Shown piece after piece: positions 1-9,878 of a stretch of 64,000 nucleotides of DNA. A program made the translations under genes and the position numbers. Origin of the DNA: an uncultured delta proteobacterium (lineage in GTDB: Bacteria; Myxococcota_A; Polyangia; Fen-1088); the NCBI GenBank assembly GCA_963737265.1, contig CAVTRY010000023.1:448001-512000 (forward strand). Direction: 5' to 3'. The number at the start of each line of letters is the position of its first letter. Position 1 is the stretch's first letter. Under the pieces are notes generated by a model that was not told where the DNA came from, did no database searches, and worked only from the letters and a program-made list of their open reading frames with translations.

Positions 1-134
1 CTGTTGGTAGATGGTCCAACTCACCACACAGGTGGCGAGCTGCACCGTCGCAATGGCCTCCTTGTGGTATTTTCGCATAAGCGGGAAACCTATCAGGTGC
101 CAATAACGAAGGTATTCTTTCGGTAAACAGGATT

Positions 135-1460
135 CTAAAGAAGGTTGCTGGCCAAATCCGCCAGCGGCGAGCGTTCGCCCTTGGTCAAATTCACGTGGGC
201 ATAGATGGACTGGCCCTTCATGCGATCGATGAGGTAGCTAAGGCCGTTCGAGTGACTGTTCAAGTAGGGGTGATCGATTTGAAAGATGTCACCCGTCAAA
301 ACCACCTTGGTGCCCTCGCCGGCTCGCGTGATGATGGTCTTCACTTCGTGCGGGGTCAGGTTCTGAGCTTCGTCGACGATGAAATAGATCCCAACCAGGC
401 TGCGCCCGCGAATGTAGGCCAGCGGCGCAATAACCAGCTTTTCTTCTTCGAGAAACTCGTTAATGCGCTTGTGCTTTTGATCGCTATTGGAGAATTGGTT
501 CTTAATAACGCCCAAATTGTCGTAAAGCGGCTGCATATAGGGATCCAGTTTGGACTGGATATCGCCCGGCAAGTAGCCGATGTCCTTGTTGGACAGCGGC
601 ACCACGGGACGGGCCATGAAGATCTGGCGGTAGCTCTTGCGGCATTCAAGCGCCGCCGCCAGCGCCAGCAGCGTTTTACCAGTCCCCGCCTTGCCCGAAA
701 TCGTAACTAGATTGACGTTCGGATTCATCAGCGCGTTCAGGGCAAAGGCCTGCTCGGCATTGCGCGGATTGATGCCGTAGGCGCCGGCCTTGTCCACGCG
801 CCGAAGCTGTTGCTGCTCGCCATCGTAGGTCGCCAGCGCCGATTTCTTGCCGTTGCGAAGAATGACGAACTCGTTGGGCAGAATGGGTGGATCCAATCCG
901 AGCTCGCTCGTGTCCGCCGCATGCGGTGGCGCATAGAATTGGTCGATGATGGCGCCAGCGACGTGCTCTTGCAGTCGCACCCCCTGATACAGAGTCGTGA
1001 TGTCCTTGACGTGATCGTTGCGATAGTCCTGCGCCGTGAGGCCGACCGCCTTGGCCTTCATGCGCAGGTTGACGTCCTTGGTGACCAGAATGACCTGAAC
1101 CCTGGCATTCTTGCGCGCCAGCCGATAGGCGATATTCAGGATCTCGTGGTCGGGCGTGCGTTCGCCGAAGCTCAGCTTGAGGTCGGCGTGGAATTCCTGC
1201 CCTACCTTGACCATCACACGGCCGAGCCCGTCGCCGATTTTAACGCCCCGGTCGAACAGCGGCTCGCCGGTCAGTCCGTCGATGGCGCGCAAAAACTCGC
1301 GCGCGTGGTGGTTGAGCGACTCGTTCCCCTTCTTGAAGTTGTCCAGCTCTTCAATAACGGTGATGGGAATGACGACATCGTGCTCCTGAAACTGGTAAAT
1401 GCACTTGCTGTCGTGCAGAGCGACATTGGTATCGAGAACGAAGATTTTTCGGCTTGCCAT
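135..1460 (-). CDS. PhoH-family ATPase with N-terminal PIN domain (PhoH2/YlaK-like)
   Basis: N-terminal FVLDTNV PIN motif, Walker A GKAGTGKT, and the PhoH motifs GYLPG, RGRS and VDEAQN. Confidence 0.95.
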   Translation of the reverse strand: MASRKIFVLDTNVALHDSKCIYQFQEHDVVIPITVIEELDNFKKGNESLNHHAREFLRAIDGLTGEPLFDRGVKIGDGLGRVMVKVGQEFHADLKLSFGERTPDHEILNIAYRLARKNARVQVILVTKDVNLRMKAKAVGLTAQDYRNDHVKDITTLYQGVRLQEHVAGAIIDQFYAPPHAADTSELGLDPPILPNEFVILRNGKKSALATYDGEQQQLRRVDKAGAYGINPRNAEQAFALNALMNPNVNLVTISGKAGTGKTLLALAAALECRKSYRQIFMARPVVPLSNKDIGYLPGDIQSKLDPYMQPLYDNLGVIKNQFSNSDQKHKRINEFLEEEKLVIAPLAYIRGRSLVGIYFIVDEAQNLTPHEVKTIITRAGEGTKVVLTGDIFQIDHPYLNSHSNGLSYLIDRMKGQSIYAHVNLTKGERSPLADLASNLL

Positions 1461-1578
1461 CCGGCGGCCACCGAGGCCTTACTGTTTAGACTAGTGTCAC
1501 ACAGGGCGTCTGTCACGACCTAAATGGCTTGCGCAACAAGCCGCACACGTTAAATCGCCTTTAGTCTATCCTCTCCCC

Positions 1579-2757
1579 GTGTCCGCCGACGCATCCTCCG
1601 TGGCCGCTATCATCCACCTCGACATGGACGCGTTCTACGCGTCAGTCGAGCAGCGCGATCGGCCCGAGTTGCGCGGCAAGCCCGTCATCGTCGGCGGCCA
1701 CCCGCGCCGGGGCGTGGTTTTGGCGGCGTCCTACGAGGTGCGCCCATTCGGCGTACATTCGGCCATGCCCATGGCGATTGCCCTGCGAAAGGCGCCGCCG
1801 GCCATCGTCGTGGCGCCGCGCATGGATGCCTATGAGGCTGCCAGCGAGCGTATTTTTGCTATCCTCGCCAGCGTCACTCCGCTGGTCGAGCCGCTTTCGC
1901 TCGACGAAGCATTTCTTGACGTGGCGGCGTCGATTCGGCTGTTCGGGCCGCCGGTTCACATAGCGGCCAACCTGCGCGCGCGCATCGCCGCCGAAGTCGG
2001 ACTGCCGTCGTCGGCTGGAATCGCGGCGGTGAAATTCGCGGCCAAGATTGCCTCGGATCTGGCCAAGCCCAACGGTCAGAAGGAAGTACCCGCGGCCGAA
2101 ACGCGTGCCTTCATTGCCCCTCTACCTGTTGCGAAACTGTGGGGAGTCGGCAAGAAGACCGAGGCTATCCTGAAAGATCTCGGTCTGCATTGCGTGGGCG
2201 ATCTGGCGGACTCGGATCCCGACTGGCTTGGTCGCAAGGTCAGCGGCGGCCGCGATCTGTGGAAGCTGGCCCGCGGCATCGATCCGCGCGCCGTGGTCCC
2301 GGACCGCGAAGCCAAGAGCATCGGAGCCGAAGACACCTTCGACGAGGATCTTGCCGGCATCGAGGCGATGTTGCCCCACGTGCACGCGCAAGCCTTGCGC
2401 GTGGGCCGCCGGTTGCGAAGCGCAGAACGAAAGGCCGCGGTGGTACAGCTCAAGGTGAAACTGGCCGACTTCACACTGCTCAGCCGACAAACGACCCTCG
2501 CCGATCCGACCGACGACGGCCAGACCATCTACCAAGCCGCATCCGGCCTTTTGCGGGCCGAAAAGATCGTCGGCAAGGTCCGCCTCACCGGCGTCTCGGC
2601 CCACACCCTGGCCAGCGGCGCCCAGCAACTTTCCCTTTTCGGCTCCGACCGCCGCGTGGAAAAGCTCAACACCACCCTCGACCGGATCGCCGACAAATTC
2701 GGCGACGGCATCGTTACCACCGCCGACCTCGCCCATTCCCCGCCGCGCAGACGGTAG
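1579..2757 (+). CDS. dinB: DNA polymerase IV (Y family)
   Basis: HLDMDAFYASVE, ASYEVR and SLDEAFLD motifs, HhH LWGVGKKT, and a C-terminal clamp-binding QLSLF. Confidence 0.96.
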   Translation: MSADASSVAAIIHLDMDAFYASVEQRDRPELRGKPVIVGGHPRRGVVLAASYEVRPFGVHSAMPMAIALRKAPPAIVVAPRMDAYEAASERIFAILASVTPLVEPLSLDEAFLDVAASIRLFGPPVHIAANLRARIAAEVGLPSSAGIAAVKFAAKIASDLAKPNGQKEVPAAETRAFIAPLPVAKLWGVGKKTEAILKDLGLHCVGDLADSDPDWLGRKVSGGRDLWKLARGIDPRAVVPDREAKSIGAEDTFDEDLAGIEAMLPHVHAQALRVGRRLRSAERKAAVVQLKVKLADFTLLSRQTTLADPTDDGQTIYQAASGLLRAEKIVGKVRLTGVSAHTLASGAQQLSLFGSDRRVEKLNTTLDRIADKFGDGIVTTADLAHSPPRRR

Positions 2758-2767
2758 GATGCGAGCT

Positions 2768-3613
2768 CTACGTCTGCTCCGCCCCTGCTGGGACTCTAGC
2801 TACTTGCTCAGCAGCCGCGCCGCCGAGGAGCGCCTGGGCGTTCTTCCAAAAAAGACTGTTCTCGCGCTCCTCGCCGAGCGCCAGCGCACGCGCTAGCCGC
2901 AGGGTTTCCGCTTGGCTGGTCCAGGGAGAATCCGTGCCGAACAGAATCCGATCCGCGGGATGCGCCATCAGCATGGCACGCGCACGTTCGCGTCCGAGCA
3001 GCTCGATGCTGAGGGAGATGTCCAAGGTGATGGGCTTGCCGAGCAGGTGTTTTTCCACCTCGTCCCAGTCGTCCCACGCGCCCATGTGCGTGGCGACGAG
3101 CTTGAGATCGGGCACGCGATCCATCACACGCAGGATGCGCGCGGGGTCGGCCCTTCGTTCGCGAGCGAAGGCAAAGTCGAAGCCGGTGTGGCAGACCACG
3201 AACAGCCCAAGTTCGTCGAGCGCGCGGTAGAGCGGGAAGAGTCTCTCGTCATCGAGATCGAAGTCTTGGTAATAGGGGTGAAGCTTGATCCCGCGAAAGC
3301 CACCCTCGGCGACTTGGCGAGCCTGCCCAACCGGATCCCGCGCCATCGGGTGAATCGACGGCAGCGGCACGATGCGCGGCGAAGCGATTTCCCCCGACCA
3401 TTTCAGGATGGGCTCGAACTGCTCGGGCTTGGTGGCGATGGAACAGACCACAGATGTTTCGATGCCGGCGCTATCCATCGATGCCAAGAGCGAGGTTACG
3501 CGTCCAGCGTGAAAGGCCTTCACGCCGCCGCCGCGTTCCAGGTGGCCGATGGCCCGCGCGGCCAGAGCATCCGGGAATACGTGGGCGTGAAAATCGACGA
3601 TGGCGTCGTTCAT
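2768..3613 (-). CDS. Amidohydrolase_2-family metal-dependent hydrolase
   Basis: DFHAH, GIKLHP, HTG, HMG and LFGTDSP motifs. Confidence 0.9.
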   Translation of the reverse strand: MNDAIVDFHAHVFPDALAARAIGHLERGGGVKAFHAGRVTSLLASMDSAGIETSVVCSIATKPEQFEPILKWSGEIASPRIVPLPSIHPMARDPVGQARQVAEGGFRGIKLHPYYQDFDLDDERLFPLYRALDELGLFVVCHTGFDFAFARERRADPARILRVMDRVPDLKLVATHMGAWDDWDEVEKHLLGKPITLDISLSIELLGRERARAMLMAHPADRILFGTDSPWTSQAETLRLARALALGEERENSLFWKNAQALLGGAAAEQVARVPAGAEQT

Positions 3614-3648
3614 GGCCGCAGCTTCTCGTCAGGCCGCTCGACCGGCCG

Positions 3649-4203
3649 CTAGAATCGGACTTGAATCTCGTAGCGTCGGTTCTTGGCCTTCTTGGCCGGC
3701 GTATTGTCGGGCGTGACGACCGGACGTTCCGATCCCATGCCGATGGAGATGATCTCGCTCTTGGCGATTCCGCGCTTGATGAGCTCGCGCTCGATAACGG
3801 CGGCGCGCTTGCCCGAGAGCTCCTTGTTGTGCTCGGGCTTGCCACTGCTGTCGGTATGTCCCGACACCTCGAACTTGTAGCTGGTAATCCCCGACACCTT
3901 GAGCCTCTGCTTCACCTGCACGAGCGCATCGGACAGCTTCTTGAGCTTGGCATCGCAGCCCGGCGCGAGCTCGTCGCTGTCGCTCTTGAAGCTACATTGA
4001 TTCCTTCGCCCCTCGGCGAGCAGCTTGGCGTTGACTTCTTTCACCGCCTTGTCGCGCGCGGCGTTCCCGGCGCTGCCCGCCGCCTTGCCGGCCAGGCCGC
4101 CGAGATCGAGGGCCACCGCATCGTTGCGCACGCCCATGCACACTAGAACCGTCAGGGTTACCTGCAATGAAAGCAGCCACGTTCGCATCGTCATGTTCCT
4201 CAT
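3649..4203 (-). CDS. OmpA-family peptidoglycan-binding protein
   Basis: Signal peptide, then GHTDSSG...NKELSGKRA and NRRYEI OmpA_C motifs. Confidence 0.9.
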   Translation of the reverse strand: MRNMTMRTWLLSLQVTLTVLVCMGVRNDAVALDLGGLAGKAAGSAGNAARDKAVKEVNAKLLAEGRRNQCSFKSDSDELAPGCDAKLKKLSDALVQVKQRLKVSGITSYKFEVSGHTDSSGKPEHNKELSGKRAAVIERELIKRGIAKSEIISIGMGSERPVVTPDNTPAKKAKNRRYEIQVRF

Positions 4204-4277
4204 GTTTCGAACCTACCTAATTCTTGCAAAGGCAAAGTAGAGCAGGACTGCGACCTCTAGTCCACAGCATTGCCGGG

Positions 4278-5786
4278 TCAGCGAGGCGACGACTCCGCGC
4301 GCTGATAGGCAACGATCTCGGACTGGTTGCAGTCGCAGATGGTCAAGTGTTCGGTCGCGGTTCTGTGCACGGCGCTCCACATCGGATTGCTGCGAATGAA
4401 GGGAACCATCAGGGGAAACCCAACTACGGTACGAATGCGGGACAGCTCGCCCGCCTGTTCCCGATCGCCATGCAAGAAGCGATGGTTGTTGAGGCCGAGC
4501 ATATCGAAGATCCTGCGGTCGCTGAAATAGCGGGCGGCCCCGGCATCCATCACGGCGATCGTCTCGCCAGGCGCGGTGTGGTCGCGCAGCCACCTGCCCA
4601 TGGCGACGTTCAGCTCCTCAATGTTCTGGCAGTTCCAGGCGAACAGGTCGGCGCTTCTGCGCAACGCCGCGGGCAGGCGGGTCAGAGCCGCCAAAACCAA
4701 AATCGCGGCGCAGGCCGCGTAGCCTGGAGCCCAGGCTTGACGGCGCCGCCGCCACGCCCAAGTGGCCGCATGGACGGCGCCTGCCGCGACGGCCAACAGA
4801 ATAAACGGCTGAGCCGGCAGGAGGTAGCGCTGCCAATAGAACGGCCATGGTTCCTTGATGAGTTGCGAGGCTGCCACCGCGAGCAAGTAACCCACGGGGA
4901 AGGCAGCGGTCAGCCCGGCAACGAGGCCACGTCGGCATAGTAGGACGGCCCCGAGCGCCCACAGCGCGAACCCCGTCCCGCGCGCGAACCAGGGGAACGA
5001 AGGAATCACCTCGGCGAAGATGACGACCAGATTGTGGGTGAAGAGCTCGTGGTGGCTGGCGAACTTCGCATAGAACGTGTTTGGCAAGGGGTAGCCAGAG
5101 ACCAGCAGACAGAAGAGAATCCAGCCACCCACGAGCAGAAACGTGGGCACCACGACGAGTACCCGAGTACCCACGGAAGCGTGCAGCCGATGCATCCGCC
5201 ACTGCACCACCGCCAGAACCATCAAGGTCAGCAGCGCCAACTCGGGTCGGGCCAAAGGTGCAAGCGCCGCAGCGAGCGCGGCTAGGCGATAGCGTTCGCC
5301 GGCAAGCTCGCCGAGCGCCCACAGCGCAAGCGCGCAGGCCAGCAACACTTCCATGCCGGACAGACTGGCGAAGGCCAGCGCGGGATCGAGCGCGCAGGCG
5401 AGTCCCGCGGCGAGCTCGACCGCCAGGGAAAATCCCAAGCGAGACGCCAGGCGCGCAGCGGCCAGGCTGGTCCCCAGCGCCGCCGCCAGTCCCACAACCT
5501 TTGCCGGCACCACCACGCTGATTCCGAACAGGCGCGCGGCCCAGCTCGCGGGCACGAGCAGCACCGCCCACAGCGGGCTGGTCGAGCCGGTCTCGAGCTC
5601 TCCCGCGTTGTAAGCAAACCCGTGTAGCCCGGCCAGGCTGCGCGCATACACCATGTGTATCCAGGCGTCGTCGAGCGGGAAACCGACAAGAGCCGCCGCC
5701 GTGCCGGGCGCGCGATCGACCAAAAACAACACTGCGACCGCCACGTGCGCGGCCAAGAATATGAGCGATAACTTCACGAGAGACAT
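4278..5786 (-). CDS. Polytopic membrane protein, GT-C-like glycosyltransferase
   Basis: LDDAWIH...ARSL...GSTSPLW, SGME, ARPE, PNTFYAK and DAGA..YFS motifs with many TM helices. The probable start is MSLVKL at 5786; the ORF extension upstream belongs to the inserted element. Confidence 0.75.
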   Translation of the reverse strand: MSLVKLSLIFLAAHVAVAVLFLVDRAPGTAAALVGFPLDDAWIHMVYARSLAGLHGFAYNAGELETGSTSPLWAVLLVPASWAARLFGISVVVPAKVVGLAAALGTSLAAARLASRLGFSLAVELAAGLACALDPALAFASLSGMEVLLACALALWALGELAGERYRLAALAAALAPLARPELALLTLMVLAVVQWRMHRLHASVGTRVLVVVPTFLLVGGWILFCLLVSGYPLPNTFYAKFASHHELFTHNLVVIFAEVIPSFPWFARGTGFALWALGAVLLCRRGLVAGLTAAFPVGYLLAVAASQLIKEPWPFYWQRYLLPAQPFILLAVAAGAVHAATWAWRRRRQAWAPGYAACAAILVLAALTRLPAALRRSADLFAWNCQNIEELNVAMGRWLRDHTAPGETIAVMDAGAARYFSDRRIFDMLGLNNHRFLHGDREQAGELSRIRTVVGFPLMVPFIRSNPMWSAVHRTATEHLTICDCNQSEIVAYQRAESSPR

Positions 5787-5859
5787 TCGCGGTTCCCAGC
5801 CTGGCGGTGGGAAAGTTTCTATCACAGACGATCCGTCCAGTCTGCCCCGCCGAGTCCTC

Positions 5860-6439
5860 GGGTGCTTCCCTGAAATGGGGGCTGGGGCTTCACCTCGCCC
5901 CGCGCAGGTGGGATCGGAGGGAAAAACAGGGAGGAACGGAGGACCAGAGGGATCACGGGTTGGGTTGACGAGGCGGCGGAGACCCTCGCGAAGTACGGGG
6001 ACGTGGAAATTGACGAGCAGGCCCACCGGCAGTCGTAGGAGCTTGGGATAGGTAATGACCTGTGCCAAGTGGGACAGGAAGCAACTGCTCTACCGTCTTG
6101 ACTTCGACGACCAAACGGCCTTCCACCATGAGGTCGAGGCGATAGCCGCAGTCGAGGTCAATGCCTTTGTACTGCAGAGGAATCGCGACCTGACGTTGCG
6201 TGCGAAATCCACGCAGGCCTAGCTCGCGCGCCAGGCAGTGCTCGTAGGCCGACTCAAGCAGCCCGGGACCGAGGTGACGGTGGACTTCGATGCAGGCGGC
6301 GATAATTTGCCCAGTAAAGTCATCCTGTCTCTGTTTCTCCGTTCCTCGCTGTTCCATATCTGCGTTTTCGGCGGCACTCCGCCAGAAGTTGCTACCTCAC
6401 CGAGCCCCCGGCTGGGGCCCCCGTTTCAGGGAGGCACCC
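5860..6439 (-). mobile_element. GxxExxY-carrying TIR element, copy 1 (580 bp)
   Basis: Left end GGGTGCTTCCCTGAAATGGGGGC; right end (reverse complement) GGGTGCCTCCCTGAAACGGGGGC, 21/23 identical. Flanked by the direct repeat CGAGTCCTC at 5851-5859 and 6440-6448. Confidence 0.95.
5953..6357 (-). pseudogene. GxxExxY protein, frameshifted in this copy
   Basis: HRHLGPGLLESAYE, YRLDLMVEG and VEVK motifs. One extra G near 6071 relative to copy 3 moves the C-terminus (AQVITY..GLLVNF) into another frame; this may be a sequencing error. Confidence 0.85.
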
Positions 6440-6491
6440 CGAGTCCTCGGCCAGCTGTCGAGGACAACCCGCCAAGGAGACGTCGAGCGGT

Positions 6492-7367
6492 TCAGAAGCC
6501 GCCAGCGGGCGGCACACACGTCGCGTTGTAGGCACCCCACCAGTAGATGACGGCGGAGATGTTAGTCCCCGCGCTCGCTTGGAACACGTAGTAGCCATTC
6601 GCCGGCGCGGTGATGGCACCGCCGCACTTGACGGCCATGCCGTTGACCGTGATCGTGCGTCCGTCAAAATTGGCGCAATCCCAACCCTGGATCGCATCGC
6701 AGGTGACGACGCAGAATGCCGCTGTGCTGTTTGCCTGCGGAGAATGACCCTCCGTACCGCTCGACGGTGCCGTACCCGACACGATCGTGCACGTGGTAGC
6801 CCCGGTCTCGCCGGCAGCCACGTCGAGGCCCGCATCCAAACTCACTTCCGGGCCAATGTCCGGCCAGATGTCCGGCCAGATGTCCGGCCAGATGTCCGGC
6901 CCAACGTCGAGGCCATTCGCGCGGTCGGGTGGCAGATCCGGCCCCACCTCCACGAGCGGCCCCGCCACGTCTTTTCCAGCATCGGCATCGATCCGAACAT
7001 CGGCGTCGATGGGACCGTCCTTGACCACCGCCGCGTCGCCATCGGCGCCTGGGCCGTCCGGCACGATCGTGGCATCTGGACCGTCGGGATTGACAGGAGG
7101 GCCATCATCTCCGCGGGCAAGATCGGGGCTGGAATTCGCGTCCGGGTTGGAATTGGCGGCATCGGGGCCAGGCTCCGGTCCTGGATTGTCGAAACAGGTC
7201 GCCGAGCCGCTGGAGCAGTTCCGAACGACGCTTCCCGGCTTGTTCAGGTTCACACATCCCACAAGAAGCAGCCCGGAGAGCAGTGAAGCTTGAAGAGAGC
7301 CTGAAAGAGAACCTGAAAAAATAGCACGAATACGAAATATTGCCGAGAGCCAAGGTCGCGGGTTCAT
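6492..7367 (-). CDS. Putative lipoprotein with Asp/Pro-rich linker and a small Cys/aromatic C-terminal domain
   Basis: LLVGC lipobox, PD-rich low-complexity linker, C-terminal GWDCANFDGRTITVNG...YYVF...YWW. Confidence 0.7.
   Translation of the reverse strand: MNPRPWLSAIFRIRAIFSGSLSGSLQASLLSGLLLVGCVNLNKPGSVVRNCSSGSATCFDNPGPEPGPDAANSNPDANSSPDLARGDDGPPVNPDGPDATIVPDGPGADGDAAVVKDGPIDADVRIDADAGKDVAGPLVEVGPDLPPDRANGLDVGPDIWPDIWPDIWPDIGPEVSLDAGLDVAAGETGATTCTIVSGTAPSSGTEGHSPQANSTAAFCVVTCDAIQGWDCANFDGRTITVNGMAVKCGGAITAPANGYYVFQASAGTNISAVIYWWGAYNATCVPPAGGF
6856..6901. repeat. 12-bp tandem repeat ATGTCCGGCCAG x ~3.8 (encodes PDIW repeats)
   Basis: Read directly from the sequence; in frame within the lipoprotein linker. 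Confidence 0.9.
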
Positions 7368-7578
7368 CTAGCTCTATTTTCGGACGAATGGCTCGATTTG
7401 TGAAGACCCGCTGTGTTGTTTTCCGAACTCTCACATTGCGCACACGTGCTCGGAGTCACACCGTAGCCCTTTGCCGTCACCCAACATTGCACCGCAGCGC
7501 GCCCTGTCGGATCTGTCGGATCCGCTGACGTGCAGTTCCAAACAACTTCTGATAGGCTCATGGTGTATAGGGTGCGCC

Positions 7579-9111
7579 GTGATCGGAAAGCATATCAATA
7601 ACTACGAGGTCGTCTCTCTTCTGGGCGAAGGCGGGATGGGGACGGTGTATCTGGCGGTGCATCCGATCATGGGGCGCAAGGCCGCCATCAAGGTGCTGAA
7701 GCCAGAGCTGGCGCGCGACGAATCGCTGGTCTCGCGCTTCTTCAACGAGGCACGCGCGGCCAACGCCATCCGCCACCCCAACATCATCGACATCATCGAC
7801 GTGGGCTTGTTGCCCGACGAGAACGTTCCGTACATGTTGATGGAGTTTCTCGAGGGCGAAAGCCTGGCGAGCCGACTCGAGCGCGTGCGACCGCTCGCCG
7901 TGGACAGCGCCGTCGAAATCGCGTGCCAAACGGCGTCGGCGCTGGCGGCGGCGCACAGCCAGGGCATCGTCCATCGCGATCTCAAGCCGGACAATCTTTT
8001 CCTCGTGCCGGACGAAATGGTCCACACCGGCGAGCGCGTGAAGGTGCTGGACTTCGGCATCGCCAAGCTGCGCGACGACATGCGCGGCAGCTCGATGAAA
8101 ACCCGAACCGGCGCCATCATGGGCACGGCGTCGTACATGTCGCCCGAGCAATGCCAGGGCCTCATCGAAAAAATCGACAGTCGCACCGACGTCTACGCGC
8201 TCGGGATCATCCTTTACGAAATGCTGTGCGGGGCTCCCCCGTTCGTCAGCGAAGGCTTTGGCGACATCATCATCATGCATGTGATGCGCGAGCCGGAACC
8301 TCCGCAGCGAAGAAACCCGGCGATCCCCGACGCCGTTGCGGCTGCGATTCTGCGCGCACTGGCCAAAGATCCCGACCATCGGTTTGCGACGATGGTTGAC
8401 TTTCAGACCGCGCTGCGCGGACACGGCGTTGCCCACGGAACGCCAGTCCGCGGCGTGCCGGCGGTTGGAACCACGGCGATCCTCGACCAACAGCCATCGA
8501 GCACCGAGCGCCAGCCCTGGCTGGGATTCGATGTAACGATGGCCACGCCTCCGCCGGTGTTGGTATCGGCGGGAACCCGCCCACCTTCCAAGGCACCTTC
8601 GCGACCGCCTTCGCACGTGCCGACGGTGGTCGAGCCAACCGCGAACGTCAAGCAGTCCACGACGACCTTTCGCACCGCCACCGGTGAAGTCTCCGACACC
8701 GACATGCTCATGCCAGGCAAGAGCCGGACCAAGATCGCGGTGATCGGCGGCGCCGGGCTAGTGGCAGTCGGCGTTGCCGCCACCATCTTTTTCACTCGCC
8801 CGTCGCCTAGCAAAGAGGTTCCGGCCGGACCGACAGCGACCGTACCGGCACCCGAGCCAGAACCCGCCAAGCTTGCGATTCCGACCGCGCCCGAGCCCGA
8901 GCGCTCGCATGGGTTTGAACCGCCACCCGATCCCGCGCCCCAGCCAACCCACGCGTTCGTGCCGCCGCCACCGCCGCCGCCCGCGGAAGAGTCGAAGCAC
9001 CACAAGAAGGGTGTTGCAGCCAAGGCGAAGAAAGGCGGCACCGCGCCCGAAGCGCCCGAGCCGCCGCCAAGCCCAGAATCGGCATCGAAGAAAGACAGCG
9101 AACGATGGTAG
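7579..9111 (+). CDS. Hanks-type Ser/Thr protein kinase with TM helix
   Basis: LGEGGMGTVY, AIK, HRDLKPDN, DFG and YMSPE motifs, a TM segment and a Pro-rich tail; probable GTG start at 7579. Confidence 0.95.
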   Translation: MIGKHINNYEVVSLLGEGGMGTVYLAVHPIMGRKAAIKVLKPELARDESLVSRFFNEARAANAIRHPNIIDIIDVGLLPDENVPYMLMEFLEGESLASRLERVRPLAVDSAVEIACQTASALAAAHSQGIVHRDLKPDNLFLVPDEMVHTGERVKVLDFGIAKLRDDMRGSSMKTRTGAIMGTASYMSPEQCQGLIEKIDSRTDVYALGIILYEMLCGAPPFVSEGFGDIIIMHVMREPEPPQRRNPAIPDAVAAAILRALAKDPDHRFATMVDFQTALRGHGVAHGTPVRGVPAVGTTAILDQQPSSTERQPWLGFDVTMATPPPVLVSAGTRPPSKAPSRPPSHVPTVVEPTANVKQSTTTFRTATGEVSDTDMLMPGKSRTKIAVIGGAGLVAVGVAATIFFTRPSPSKEVPAGPTATVPAPEPEPAKLAIPTAPEPERSHGFEPPPDPAPQPTHAFVPPPPPPPAEESKHHKKGVAAKAKKGGTAPEAPEPPPSPESASKKDSERW

Positions 9112-9126
9112 GCGCGCGCAGCAGGG

Positions 9127-9768
9127 TCAGGTAGGCAGCCCATCGAAAAAGTGGACACGGCCGGTCTCGATTTCGTATTCCGCCCCGACTACGGAAACCC
9201 GACCCGCGAGCACCAGTTCCTCGAGCAAGCGACTGCCATGGCGCAGATGATCGGCTGACGCGCGCACATTGACCCGCATCAGCTCGCGCAACAACGCCGG
9301 TTCCAGCGCGTCGGTGCTCGACCGCACCAGGGGCTCGATGTGCGGAGCGATGCGGTCGGTAATCGAACGGATATTCCTCGACTCGGGCCCGTTTCCAGTC
9401 AGCAGGGCATTCACCGTTGCCGCCACGGCGCCGCACCGAGTGTGACCGAGAACGACGACCAGGCGCGTACCAAACTGCGAGGCCGCGAACTCGATCGATC
9501 CCACCACCGATGGCGCGACGACATTCCCGGCGATCCTGACCACGAAGAGATCGCCGAAGCCTTCGTCGAACAGGATCTCGACCGGCGTGCGAGAATCCGA
9601 ACATCCGAGCACGATGGCGAACGGTCGCTGCGGCCGTAGGGCAAGCTCCGCCCTAAAGGTGCGCGCCGCAAGGACGGCGCCATTTTGCAAGAATCGCTCG
9701 TTTCCCTGCATCAGACGCTGCAGAGCCGCTGACGGTGAAAGGGATGTGGGATCCCAGGTGTTTGGCAT
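9127..9768 (-). CDS. Beta-class carbonic anhydrase
   Basis: GCSDSR, GDLFVVRIAGN and GHTRCGAV zinc-ligand motifs. Confidence 0.93.
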   Translation of the reverse strand: MPNTWDPTSLSPSAALQRLMQGNERFLQNGAVLAARTFRAELALRPQRPFAIVLGCSDSRTPVEILFDEGFGDLFVVRIAGNVVAPSVVGSIEFAASQFGTRLVVVLGHTRCGAVAATVNALLTGNGPESRNIRSITDRIAPHIEPLVRSSTDALEPALLRELMRVNVRASADHLRHGSRLLEELVLAGRVSVVGAEYEIETGRVHFFDGLPT

Positions 9769-9878
9769 CCCAATTCCATAGCGCCGCCGGACCCAAAGTC
9801 GAGCAAGAGCTGCGAGCCCGGCGAACGGCGAACTTTTAGCTTCGCGCGCGACTCCCCTTACGGCAGGATTCGCCGCAC

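Noticed and set aside
1-70. AAGGAGG SD on the minus strand with a possible ATT/GTG start running off the window
   Set aside because: Too little sequence to identify a gene or argue for a non-canonical start.
1500-1578. Possible SOS box upstream of dinB; short IR GGCTTG-N5-CAAGCC
   Set aside because: It matches no LexA motif I recognise, and a 6-bp IR is within chance.
5849-6451. The reconstructed empty site of copy 1 is palindromic (GCCGAG-TC-CTCGGC), suggesting targeting of hairpins
   Set aside because: The sites of copies 2 and 3 show no such palindrome, and the three TSDs share no consensus.
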